DNA from: a virus
Lineage: Duplodnaviria > Heunggongvirae > Uroviricota > Caudoviricetes
DNA length: 21,018 nucleotides
Reading direction: 5' to 3' (one strand)
Virus record (IMG/VR): IMGVR_UViG_2740892421_000008
Location: 1 to 21,018 of that record
A program made the translations under genes and the position numbers. Positions 1-7,335 of the stretch are shown here, in pieces. Every line of letters begins with the position of its first letter. The first letter of the stretch is position 1. Under the pieces are notes generated by a model. The model was given only the letters and a program-made list of their open reading frames with translations. It was not told the origin of the DNA and did no database searches.

Positions 1-823
1 TTGTTTTCGTCTCGTCCATGACGGTTTTGACAGCCTTTGGTGTGGCTGCCAGTTCTTCGCTGTCGTTGTCTGTATCACTACAGAGTTGCACCAGGCCTTT
101 TTGCGTCGTGCTGGCGTTGGTTCCCTTCAGCTCATCAACTATCCGTTGCGCCTCGTCCCTGTGCTGTTTCGCGTTCTGCTCGCTTTTTGCAGCCGATTCG
201 GCGCTGGCTTTTGCCTCACCGGTCAGCGTTGCGGCTTCGTCGAGTTTATCGACCGCTTTCTGGACTATCTTATCGGCATCTTTGACCGCCTGTTCTGCCC
301 GGGCGGCATCCTGTGTGGCAGATAATGCCAGCAGCGCCACCTGATTTTTATCTTCGGCAACGGCTTCTGCATTCTGCTGTACGTTATCCGCCAGCGTCTC
401 GCAGTCGCTCTTAATTTGTTGCGCATCAGCGACATGTTGCCCGGCCTGTCGTTCGCTTTTCGCTGCCGCTTCCGCGCTTTGCTGCGCCTGCGCCACCATT
501 TCCTCAAAGCGTTTCACTACATCCGGCTTTAAATCGCCTTCATCAAGGGCAGTCAGAAAGTCGTTCAGCGTGCCGGGCTTTGAGTCGTCGTAAACCGAAA
601 TATCACCGACACAATATTCTCTTTCAATACATGACCGAAGATAAACGCCATATCTTCCGGTCTGAGCCTCAAATGCATATTCTCCTGCCGGCCCTGTCAC
701 CACTGTTGCCACCGTTTTCATAACCACTGCGGATGTATTCTGTCGGGCTTTCAGAATAATATGGTATCCGGACATGGGGAGTCCCGCACCATCCGTCAGC
801 ACACCCGAAATTAATACAGACAT
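1..823 (-). CDS. stf: Side tail fibre protein, lambda Stf-like (5' part only; 3' end runs off the window)
   Basis: Minus-strand frame from ATG 823..821 has no in-frame stop down to position 1 (checked triplet by triplet). AGGAAA Shine-Dalgarno lies 7 nt upstream, 24 nt after the stop of the upstream gene. Product starts MSVLISGVLTDGAG..., passes through an Ala/Gln/Glu-rich stalk and reaches KGLVQLCSDTDNDSEELAATPKAVKTVMDET, a motif I recognise from lambda Stf and P2 gpH fibres. Absent from the ORF track because it has no stop inside the window. Confidence 0.65.
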   Translation of the reverse strand, partial: MSVLISGVLTDGAGLPMSGYHIILKARQNTSAVVMKTVATVVTGPAGEYAFEAQTGRYGVYLRSCIEREYCVGDISVYDDSKPGTLNDFLTALDEGDLKPDVVKRFEEMVAQAQQSAEAAAKSERQAGQHVADAQQIKSDCETLADNVQQNAEAVAEDKNQVALLALSATQDAARAEQAVKDADKIVQKAVDKLDEAATLTGEAKASAESAAKSEQNAKQHRDEAQRIVDELKGTNASTTQKGLVQLCSDTDNDSEELAATPKAVKTVMDETKT

Positions 824-847
824 GTTTATTTCCTGATTCAGAAAACA

Positions 848-1936
848 TTAACCAAAATAATTGACGCCTTTTTTCTTGCCACTGGCTTTCCCCTTTGCAG
901 AAATATCCGTGGTCAGTGACAGATTCAGCGTAAATCCCTGTCCCGGTACCAGTGAAAACTCCACAGACTCAGCCTGCCAGTGATGGTCCTCACGCACACC
1001 AAATCCCTGCGTGACAAAACGCATCTCCGCCCCTGCTTTCAGCAGTTCCGGCCTGCAGGGCAACGTTATCGTCATCTGGCGTCCGGCTTTCTGCACACGT
1101 TTAACCTTCGACTCTGCACAGTGTTTTGCGGTGCCCTGGTCAGGCTGGGTAAACGGATGCCGCTTATCTGTTGACTCCACGTCAACTTTAACTTCACGTG
1201 TGCGTCCGTCACGGGCATCAAAATACCGGACCCCAACTTTCCCGCTCTTTTTATCCCCCTTCGCACCACCCGCAGCGCCCTGTCGCTCACCTTCACGATA
1301 ATCCCAGTCTGATACCATACCCGGCGTAATGGTTATCTCAGGCGCATTTCTGCCCCCCGTACTCTGTGATGCCCCGTATTCCAGAAATAACCAGTAGCCA
1401 TTGGTCGGTTTACTGGTGGCGCCGTACATACCTGCAATGCGGGACAAGAGAGCAGCATCAGATTCTGATGACTGCATCACCCACGGGATATGAATATCAG
1501 CAAGCACCGATGAGACGCGCGCCACCAGATTATTTTCAGTGGCGATGGTTTTCACCAGGTCGCCCAGTGTGATATCGCTGAAAGCCCGGGTTTTCAGTGC
1601 GGTCACGTCTGCGCCATGTTTTGACGCATTCATGGGGGCTGCGGTGGCATAAATGGTGATCCGGCGGGGAGGACCGCCGCTTGCCACCTGACAGACTGTA
1701 AAGCTGCCTTTATTGACCAGGTTTCCGTTGAATCCCAGTCCCAGCGTTAACACCGCGCCTTTTGGTGGCAGCGCCATCGTCTCACTGAACAGGGTTATCA
1801 TCAGTTCATCGGAGCGCTTTGTGGCAGCACCATTATCGGTATACCGCAGTTCAGCCAGCCCCCGTTTTAGGGCCTTCGTGATATCCTGGCCTTCCGCTGT
1901 CAGGCTGAAATCCGGCTGATATTCATTCAGTCCCAT
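848..1936 (-). CDS. D: Contractile-tail protein D (P2 gpD / late control gene D family)
   Basis: 362-aa ORF at the distal end of the tail block, directly after U and X as in P2-type tail operons; start overlaps the stop of X. Family call is by position and overall pattern, from memory. Confidence 0.8.
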   Translation of the reverse strand: MGLNEYQPDFSLTAEGQDITKALKRGLAELRYTDNGAATKRSDELMITLFSETMALPPKGAVLTLGLGFNGNLVNKGSFTVCQVASGGPPRRITIYATAAPMNASKHGADVTALKTRAFSDITLGDLVKTIATENNLVARVSSVLADIHIPWVMQSSESDAALLSRIAGMYGATSKPTNGYWLFLEYGASQSTGGRNAPEITITPGMVSDWDYREGERQGAAGGAKGDKKSGKVGVRYFDARDGRTREVKVDVESTDKRHPFTQPDQGTAKHCAESKVKRVQKAGRQMTITLPCRPELLKAGAEMRFVTQGFGVREDHHWQAESVEFSLVPGQGFTLNLSLTTDISAKGKASGKKKGVNYFG

Positions 1937-2145
1937 AACTGAAACGTCTCCTTCACTTCCGGTTCATATACCCAGTCCGGCAACACGATTTCCACTCCCG
2001 CCGGATAGACCGGACCAAGGTCAGCCAGTCCGGGATTGGCTTCCAGTACCGCCGCCAGTGACTGGTTAAGCCCGGTACTGCCATAGTGTCTCTGGCAGAT
2101 GTCATCCAGCATATCGCCGTCAGTAGTCCGCCAGTTTTTCGCCAT
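1927..2145 (-). CDS. X: Tail protein X (P2 gpX family)
   Basis: 72-aa ORF whose product (…DICQRHYGSTG…AAVLEANPGLADLGPVYPAGVEIVLPD…) follows the same pattern as P2 gpX (…DAICVRYYGRTEG…VLAANPGLAELGAVLPHGTAVELPD…). Overlaps both neighbours. Confidence 0.8.
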   Translation of the reverse strand: MAKNWRTTDGDMLDDICQRHYGSTGLNQSLAAVLEANPGLADLGPVYPAGVEIVLPDWVYEPEVKETFQLWD

Positions 2146-2614
2146 AGTATTTCAGCTCCAGTGTGAACGTTTTGTTCTTCGGCGCACCGCCGGGAAGAAA
2201 GGACGTGGTGTTATCTGAATAGGCGGTTGCCACGAAATACCCCATCACATCACCTGTGCTCGAGACCAGAAGATGCGGGGCCGGATTGTCATCCACCATC
2301 TGAACCAGTGTATCAAGGGCATCCATTCCCACACCGTCACGAAATCCCGCGTGCGCCATACCTTCAAGGGTTATTGTTCTGGCCCCCTTGCCGGTATACT
2401 GCAGCAGGTCGTTTTTTCCGATAAGCTGTTGTTCATCCCATCGCCATTCCATCGTGCGCTTCATGGCGTTATAAGCAGCAGTATCAATACTGAATTCAAA
2501 CTCACCAAACGACAGCATGACGCGGGAGGCGACATCCGTTAATGATCCCACCGCGTCCCATGCTCCACGCTCAAGCCGGTTTACGCCCCAGCCCAGCAAA
2601 TCCACCATATTCAC
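2120..2614 (-). CDS. U: Tail protein U (P2 gpU-like)
   Basis: 164-aa ORF between tape measure and X/D, the conserved gpU position; start overlaps the tape-measure stop by 4 nt. Sequence similarity to P2 gpU is weak by eye, so the call rests mostly on position and size. Confidence 0.65.
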   Translation of the reverse strand: MNMVDLLGWGVNRLERGAWDAVGSLTDVASRVMLSFGEFEFSIDTAAYNAMKRTMEWRWDEQQLIGKNDLLQYTGKGARTITLEGMAHAGFRDGVGMDALDTLVQMVDDNPAPHLLVSSTGDVMGYFVATAYSDNTTSFLPGGAPKNKTFTLELKYYGEKLADY

Positions 2615-4263
2615 CCCCAGAATGCATCACCATCGGTCATGCGGGAACGCTGACCAAAATTAATATCTCCCAGATTTTTCGTTACCCTGTCTGCCAGTTG
2701 TCCGGCATCCTCGCCGGGCTTCTGAGTGATGTTAAATTCCGCCCGTATCTGATATGTGGGTTTTACTTCCACCTGGCTGACACTGCCGGGTGTATACTGA
2801 AGAGCTGAGAGGGGATCCGAATTACCCTGCCCCGGATCTGCTGCATGAAGTCCATCAATGTAGGTGCGGGATTTCTCTTTTATCGCCTTAAAATCAGGTT
2901 CTTCTTTCGGCCCCAGCAGAGGGTCGAGAAATGCATCAAACTTTTTATCGTCATGATTCCAGGGGAGATAACCGCGGGTGTCTTTATAAGCCTGTACAAC
3001 CTGTTTCGTCAGGTCCGGATTTTGCCTGAGCAGTTCATCAAACCATTCTCCCTGACCGTTTTTCTGCGCCACCGCTCTCGCCAGCTCCGGCGACCCCATT
3101 TTTGCCAGATATTCCAGTACCTCTCGCCGGTCCTGACGCGGATCATCTGCCAGCCCCCACTCAATGGCTTTCTGCGTTATTCCGGCCAGAACTTTTCCAA
3201 ATTTCCACATCCAGGCAGCCATGTCGATCAGCGCCGGCAGGGCATCATCACGAATAAATGCCCGGATTTTTTCCAGCCCACCATTCTTAAACCAGGCCGC
3301 AAGGTCATCCGTCACCTGTTGAATATGTGGGGCAAGTTCATTACCCAGCTGTCCGCTGATTTCATCAATGGAAGAACTCAGAACATTACGGAGATTTGAC
3401 AGTGCCACATGTCCCTGAACTGCGCCATCAGCCCCTGCCTTTGTCACCAGGTTATAGCGTTTCTGCTCACTGATAAGCTCCCGATAAGTTTTCCCTGACA
3501 GACGCATCCAGGTCAGAATTTTATTGGCCTCACCACCGAACAACGCATCTGCCATTCCGGCAGCCACCTGTTCATTCTCTACCTGCAGTAAGCGATCAAA
3601 TAAAAATTCGACCTGCTCCTGGTTACTTTTCCCTGTCATCACCCCGGCTTTCAGTCCCAGTTTGCCAAAGACATCCTGAATGGCCCCTTTATCCGTGGCA
3701 CCATTATCATCGTCAAAAACCTTGTTCCGGTACTCCTCAAACAGATCACCGATGTTTTCACCGTTCAGCCCCATCAGTCGGGCCAGAGAATCCCATGACG
3801 CATAGGTTTCGTAATCCACCCCGTAACTCCGGGCTATCCCTGCCCGCTCTGCCGTTTCCGAATTCCGGTTCAGTACCGCGCCGGCACCTGCTGCCAGCGT
3901 CAACCCGGAACCAACCGAAAGCCCCATCCCGGTTTTAAGAACGGTCCCGCCCCGTCCTTTCCAGCGAGCCAGACGTTCCGCGCGCGCCAGCTTACGGTTA
4001 AATTTGTCCTGCTCCCCGGTGGCATCATGAATTTTTTTGCCCAGCTTTTCATACTGCTTTCGCAGATCAGTAATATCCTGTCCAGCCAGAACGCCAGCCT
4101 GAATTTTTCGTTTCAGTACGTCCTGCTGGCGTGTCAGACGAGCCACTTCCTGTGTTACCCCTGATAATCCGTGCTTCAACCCATCAACCGATTTTTTCCA
4201 CGACGGATCTATCGTGCCTCCGATCCGGATATTCGCTTTAAGGTTATCGCCCACCGTTGCCAT
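2611..4263 (-). CDS. T: Tail tape measure protein
   Basis: 550-aa ORF (MATVGDNL...) immediately downstream of the E/E' chaperone pair, predicted largely helical, with Gly-rich segments and a C-terminal region. Position is conserved in P2-type tails. Confidence 0.8.
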   Translation of the reverse strand: MATVGDNLKANIRIGGTIDPSWKKSVDGLKHGLSGVTQEVARLTRQQDVLKRKIQAGVLAGQDITDLRKQYEKLGKKIHDATGEQDKFNRKLARAERLARWKGRGGTVLKTGMGLSVGSGLTLAAGAGAVLNRNSETAERAGIARSYGVDYETYASWDSLARLMGLNGENIGDLFEEYRNKVFDDDNGATDKGAIQDVFGKLGLKAGVMTGKSNQEQVEFLFDRLLQVENEQVAAGMADALFGGEANKILTWMRLSGKTYRELISEQKRYNLVTKAGADGAVQGHVALSNLRNVLSSSIDEISGQLGNELAPHIQQVTDDLAAWFKNGGLEKIRAFIRDDALPALIDMAAWMWKFGKVLAGITQKAIEWGLADDPRQDRREVLEYLAKMGSPELARAVAQKNGQGEWFDELLRQNPDLTKQVVQAYKDTRGYLPWNHDDKKFDAFLDPLLGPKEEPDFKAIKEKSRTYIDGLHAADPGQGNSDPLSALQYTPGSVSQVEVKPTYQIRAEFNITQKPGEDAGQLADRVTKNLGDINFGQRSRMTDGDAFWG

Positions 4264-4689
4264 AACATCGCTTCCTCTCTTCCGACTCTGCCAGCATCAT
4301 TGCCACAAAATCCGTATACGGCAGCGCCATCACATCTCCGGGAGACCACCCGAACCAGGCACCGGCACGCCGTATCGCTGTCAGGATGCTTTCTTCTTCC
4401 GCCGGACCGGCGGCAGCAAAAAAACATTAAACTGACGCTCCAGGGCCAGGTAATCACACGCTTCCATGTTCATCATGTCTGCCGCGTCCATCCCACACAG
4501 ACCGGCAATCATATCCAGATCAGCCTCTGCTTCCGGTTTGTTACTCCGGCGATGCAACAGACGATCGCGGACAGTGGGCGCACGCATAGTGACGTGCGTG
4601 ATCGTCTGTCCTGATGCGGTGACATACGGCACGGATAACACAATTTCCACGCTGCTGGCAGGAACGCTGTTTTTTTCCGACATAAGCAT
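4244..4689 (-). CDS. E': Tail assembly chaperone E+E' fusion made by programmed -1 frameshift (predicted)
   Basis: My translation of the -1 frame from the slippery site gives a 57-codon extension (AAAGPAEEESILTAIRRAGAWFGWSPGDVMALPYTDFVAMMLAESEERKRCYGNGGR) ending at TAA 4246..4244, 17 nt past the tape-measure ATG. It has no start codon of its own. Predicted fusion is about 145 aa against 142 aa for P2 E+E'. Confidence 0.55.
4381..4689 (-). CDS. E: Tail assembly chaperone E (P2 gpE-like), zero-frame product
   Basis: 102-aa ORF between the tube gene and tape measure. Its 3' end contains a T7G run (minus-strand GTTTTTTTG, + coordinates 4417..4425) 34 nt before the stop. Confidence 0.75.
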   Translation of the reverse strand: MLMSEKNSVPASSVEIVLSVPYVTASGQTITHVTMRAPTVRDRLLHRRSNKPEAEADLDMIAGLCGMDAADMMNMEACDYLALERQFNVFLLPPVRRKKKAS

Positions 4690-4742
4690 CTCCTTTAAAA
4701 AAGAAAAGGCGGCCTGAGCCGCCTGAATGACAGGATCCCGGA

Positions 4743-5261
4743 TTAAACCCGGATGATTTTTTTCAGATCCGCCAGAACATTAACGCCATTAATACGACGT
4801 ACAAACTCCTCCGGAATAATGCAGATGGTTTCCACACCGTCGACAGCCTGGCGGTAATAACTCAGCGACATTTCCACCGTCACCGAGGCGTCTGCCTGCG
4901 ATGTTGCCGGACGTGCATCCGGCGTGATACTGGTGATCATCCCCTGCAGGGTTTCCACCTGTCCGCTGGTCGCATTCCCCACCTGATAGCCCTGGCGGAC
5001 AACAATCTCCGGCGAATAAAGCCCGGCCTGTAATCCCAGCAGCGTCAGCATGGCAACATCATAGCCATAAATCTTAAACGAACAGGTCAGCGCTTCCATG
5101 CCGTCATCCACTGCCACCGGTGCATCCATTGCGCCGGTTTTGATATCCACTGTCGTGATATTAATGGCTGGCGGCGTGTATTCATGCGCCCCCTGAAGGC
5201 GGATCCCGCCAGGAAGAAATAACGCCCATGCGCGCAACAGTTTTTTTTCACCCGTCATCAT
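4743..5261 (-). CDS. FII: Tail tube protein (P2 FII-like)
   Basis: 172-aa ORF directly after the sheath gene with a 4-nt stop/start overlap, the conserved sheath-tube order and a size typical for a contractile-tail tube protein. Confidence 0.85.
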   Translation of the reverse strand: MMTGEKKLLRAWALFLPGGIRLQGAHEYTPPAINITTVDIKTGAMDAPVAVDDGMEALTCSFKIYGYDVAMLTLLGLQAGLYSPEIVVRQGYQVGNATSGQVETLQGMITSITPDARPATSQADASVTVEMSLSYYRQAVDGVETICIIPEEFVRRINGVNVLADLKKIIRV

Positions 5262-6733
5262 ACTGTCAGTTCCTCCAGCGCCAGTTTATTGTTAATCATT
5301 GCCCGCAGTGTCAGGCGCTCCAGTGGTGACTTCGGCCCAAAGTCATAATCAATATACAACTGCCCTGCCGCCAGGGTTTCTGCAGTGTTCAGTTCATCGT
5401 TCAGCCATGCACTGCCACCGTGGATCGCGCCCAGATTTTTAAGCTGACGCATATAGGCATTAATGCTGCCAAGAATGTCGTCTGCCACATCCCGATCAAG
5501 CGGGCGATCGACATAAGGCAGCATGGCCTCCTGGATGCTGTCCTCAATCACATCTGCAGTGCGGCGTACCGGCTCAAAACGCCACTGACTGTGGGATGTG
5601 CACAGACGGTTACCCCAGTGTTTAAAACCGTCATGGCGAATAATGGTGGAGATATTTTCCATGTTCAGCAGGTTTGCCGTGCAGTTCTGCTCCCCGAGAA
5701 TAAACGTATCCACCTGCTCCAGACCGGTGATATTCATCACGTCCTGGTTTGATTTGGACCACCACCACCCTTTTTCGTAATCAATACGGGCACGCAGCCC
5801 GGCAGCACGAGCCGAATATGGACGAAATATCGTTTGCCCGCTGTCATCCGTCACTGACACGCGCGGACGCAGCAGCTCCACACGCCCACCAAATGACGCG
5901 CGCCGCTGAACCACATCCTGCGGCGTTGCCATTGAGGGCGAGTCAATATAGGCCACAGCCCGCAGCTTCGCGGCATACGTTTCCAGCGCCTTTGCCACGC
6001 CATCATCCTCACTGTACCCCGTGGCGATGAGGATGCGCGGTTGATAGCCTGTCACGCCCTTACTTTCTGTCAGCGCCTCCATGGCCTGAATCACCGCCGC
6101 ACGCTGTTCGGCCTCTTTCGCCTTTGTTTTACTTTCTGCGCGCACCACAATCACCAGCGCCCCAGTCTGGTCAAAAATATCTCGCAGGGCCGGGTATAAT
6201 GTTCCGGCTGTGCCCAGTTTCCCGGCCTGAGTAATGGCCCCTGCCACCACCACTGGTGTATTGACCGGGAACGCCTCATCTTCTCCGCCGGATAACGTCA
6301 GGCTGAACGGCAACACCACTTTATTTTCAGCGTCTCCTGCATTCAGGGTGCTGACAGCCGCCGTCACAGGCGAATCCCCCAGCGCATTCACCACTTCAGT
6401 CACACGGTCCGCCGTGGCGTTAACCTGGCTGTGTTCGTCCGTCCCCAGTGTTATCGTCAGGGTCGTACCTTTCAGCGAGGCCACTGTCTGCGCATTTTGT
6501 TCTGTGGCAGCCACAGCAACAACCGAAATCTTATTACCGGCCCGACCTTCCTGTTTCGCCGTGAAATCCAGCGCCGTTCCCAGCAGCCAGGAGCCGGCTG
6601 TGCCGGAAGCGCACACACCACCAGAGGCGTCCGGCGCTGTCCCCACCAGGCCAATCACTGCCGTGGAGATGGTCTGCACGGCAACCGTGCCTGTCGTCAG
6701 TTCAATGGTTTCAACACCATGTAATCCGGACAT
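5258..6733 (-). CDS. FI: Tail sheath protein (P2 FI-like)
   Basis: 491-aa ORF. The C-terminal two thirds (…RILIATGYSEDDG…RHDGFKHWGNRLCTS…LAAGQLYIDYDFGPKSPLERLTLR…) match the P2 FI sheath pattern (…RDGFRFWGNRTCS…[24 protein letters not shown]…). Strong GGGAGAAA Shine-Dalgarno upstream. Confidence 0.9.
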   Translation of the reverse strand: MSGLHGVETIELTTGTVAVQTISTAVIGLVGTAPDASGGVCASGTAGSWLLGTALDFTAKQEGRAGNKISVVAVAATEQNAQTVASLKGTTLTITLGTDEHSQVNATADRVTEVVNALGDSPVTAAVSTLNAGDAENKVVLPFSLTLSGGEDEAFPVNTPVVVAGAITQAGKLGTAGTLYPALRDIFDQTGALVIVVRAESKTKAKEAEQRAAVIQAMEALTESKGVTGYQPRILIATGYSEDDGVAKALETYAAKLRAVAYIDSPSMATPQDVVQRRASFGGRVELLRPRVSVTDDSGQTIFRPYSARAAGLRARIDYEKGWWWSKSNQDVMNITGLEQVDTFILGEQNCTANLLNMENISTIIRHDGFKHWGNRLCTSHSQWRFEPVRRTADVIEDSIQEAMLPYVDRPLDRDVADDILGSINAYMRQLKNLGAIHGGSAWLNDELNTAETLAAGQLYIDYDFGPKSPLERLTLRAMINNKLALEELTV

Positions 6734-6746
6734 ACATTTCTCCCAT

Positions 6747-6768
6747 AAAAAAACCGCCCTCAGGCGGT
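6747..6768 (-). terminator. Candidate intrinsic terminator between the fibre-assembly gene and the sheath gene
   Basis: Minus-strand transcript reads ACCGCC-UGAG-GGCGGU followed by UUUUUUU (+ strand aaaaaaaccgccctcaggcggt). It sits 20 nt after the fibre-assembly stop and 13 nt before the sheath ATG. Confidence 0.45.
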
Positions 6769-6787
6769 CAGATGATTAACTTCTTTT

Positions 6788-7333
6788 TCAGGTATTTTGT
6801 GGCTGCTCAGGCCAGCTAATATTGTTGTATGTGGTCTTATCCGTAATAGCGCTGAAATCCATCGCCTGCAGCGATTTCGCGTAAATGCGGTACGCTTTCA
6901 GCTTCTCCCTGTCTTCGTCACTGATTAATCCCAGCAGCAGGTCTTTTCCCCATTCGCTGGTCATGATGCTGACCTGTTTTAACAGTGCATCACGCTCATC
7001 TTCCGCTTTAAGTTTGTAGTCAAAAACAAATTCATCATTGCGATAAAACCAGTAACCCGACGCCTCAATGCGACGATTGGCGGTAATATCCGGTAACTCA
7101 ATCACGCTTTTATTTTCCGGGCAGATTGAGGTGATGTCTTTTCCGACCCAGACCACCTCGCCAGTTTCAACATAAATAACTTTCAGAGTGTCTGGCTGAA
7201 ATTTTTCCTGGGCTTCGTGCCATTCCTGACCATCATCGGAGAACAGCCACAATAAAAATTTATGCTGTCGCGCCAGCTGGTATTGCTCAATTGTTTTAGG
7301 GTTTTGTGCCGTAATATTTTTTAAGTGCATCAT
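6788..7333 (-). CDS. tfa: Tail fibre assembly protein (Tfa / P2 gpG-like)
   Basis: 181-aa ORF immediately downstream of fibre gene H, with the size and C-terminal character (…YNNISWPEQPQNT) of enterobacterial phage fibre-assembly chaperones. Confidence 0.8.
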   Translation of the reverse strand: MMHLKNITAQNPKTIEQYQLARQHKFLLWLFSDDGQEWHEAQEKFQPDTLKVIYVETGEVVWVGKDITSICPENKSVIELPDITANRRIEASGYWFYRNDEFVFDYKLKAEDERDALLKQVSIMTSEWGKDLLLGLISDEDREKLKAYRIYAKSLQAMDFSAITDKTTYNNISWPEQPQNT

Positions 7334-7335
7334 AA

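Noticed and set aside
18-344. Three overlapping + strand ORFs (18..344, 37..285, 86..325) with Ala/Ser/Leu-rich low-complexity products
   Set aside because: They lie antisense to the repetitive stalk region of the Stf-like fibre gene, whose sense frame is open across the whole region and carries recognisable fibre motifs. These are reading-frame artefacts.
265-507. Minus-strand 80-aa ORF, extremely Arg/Lys-rich
   Set aside because: Alternative frame of the Stf-like gene; composition typical of an off-frame read-through, with no Shine-Dalgarno.
2845-3399. 184-aa + strand ORF (and 4171..4614, 5420..5752, 6234..6779 on the same strand)
   Set aside because: All are antisense to tape-measure, chaperone or sheath genes on the minus strand, with low-complexity or Arg/His-rich products and no ribosome-binding sites.
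4209-4457. Minus-strand 82-aa ORF overlapping the 3' end of gene E and the start of T, first considered as the E' frame
   Set aside because: Checking codon phase shows it is the +1 frame relative to E, not the -1 frame, and its product is Arg/Cys-rich junk. The genuine -1 frame extension (4417..4244) has no start codon, so it does not appear in the track.
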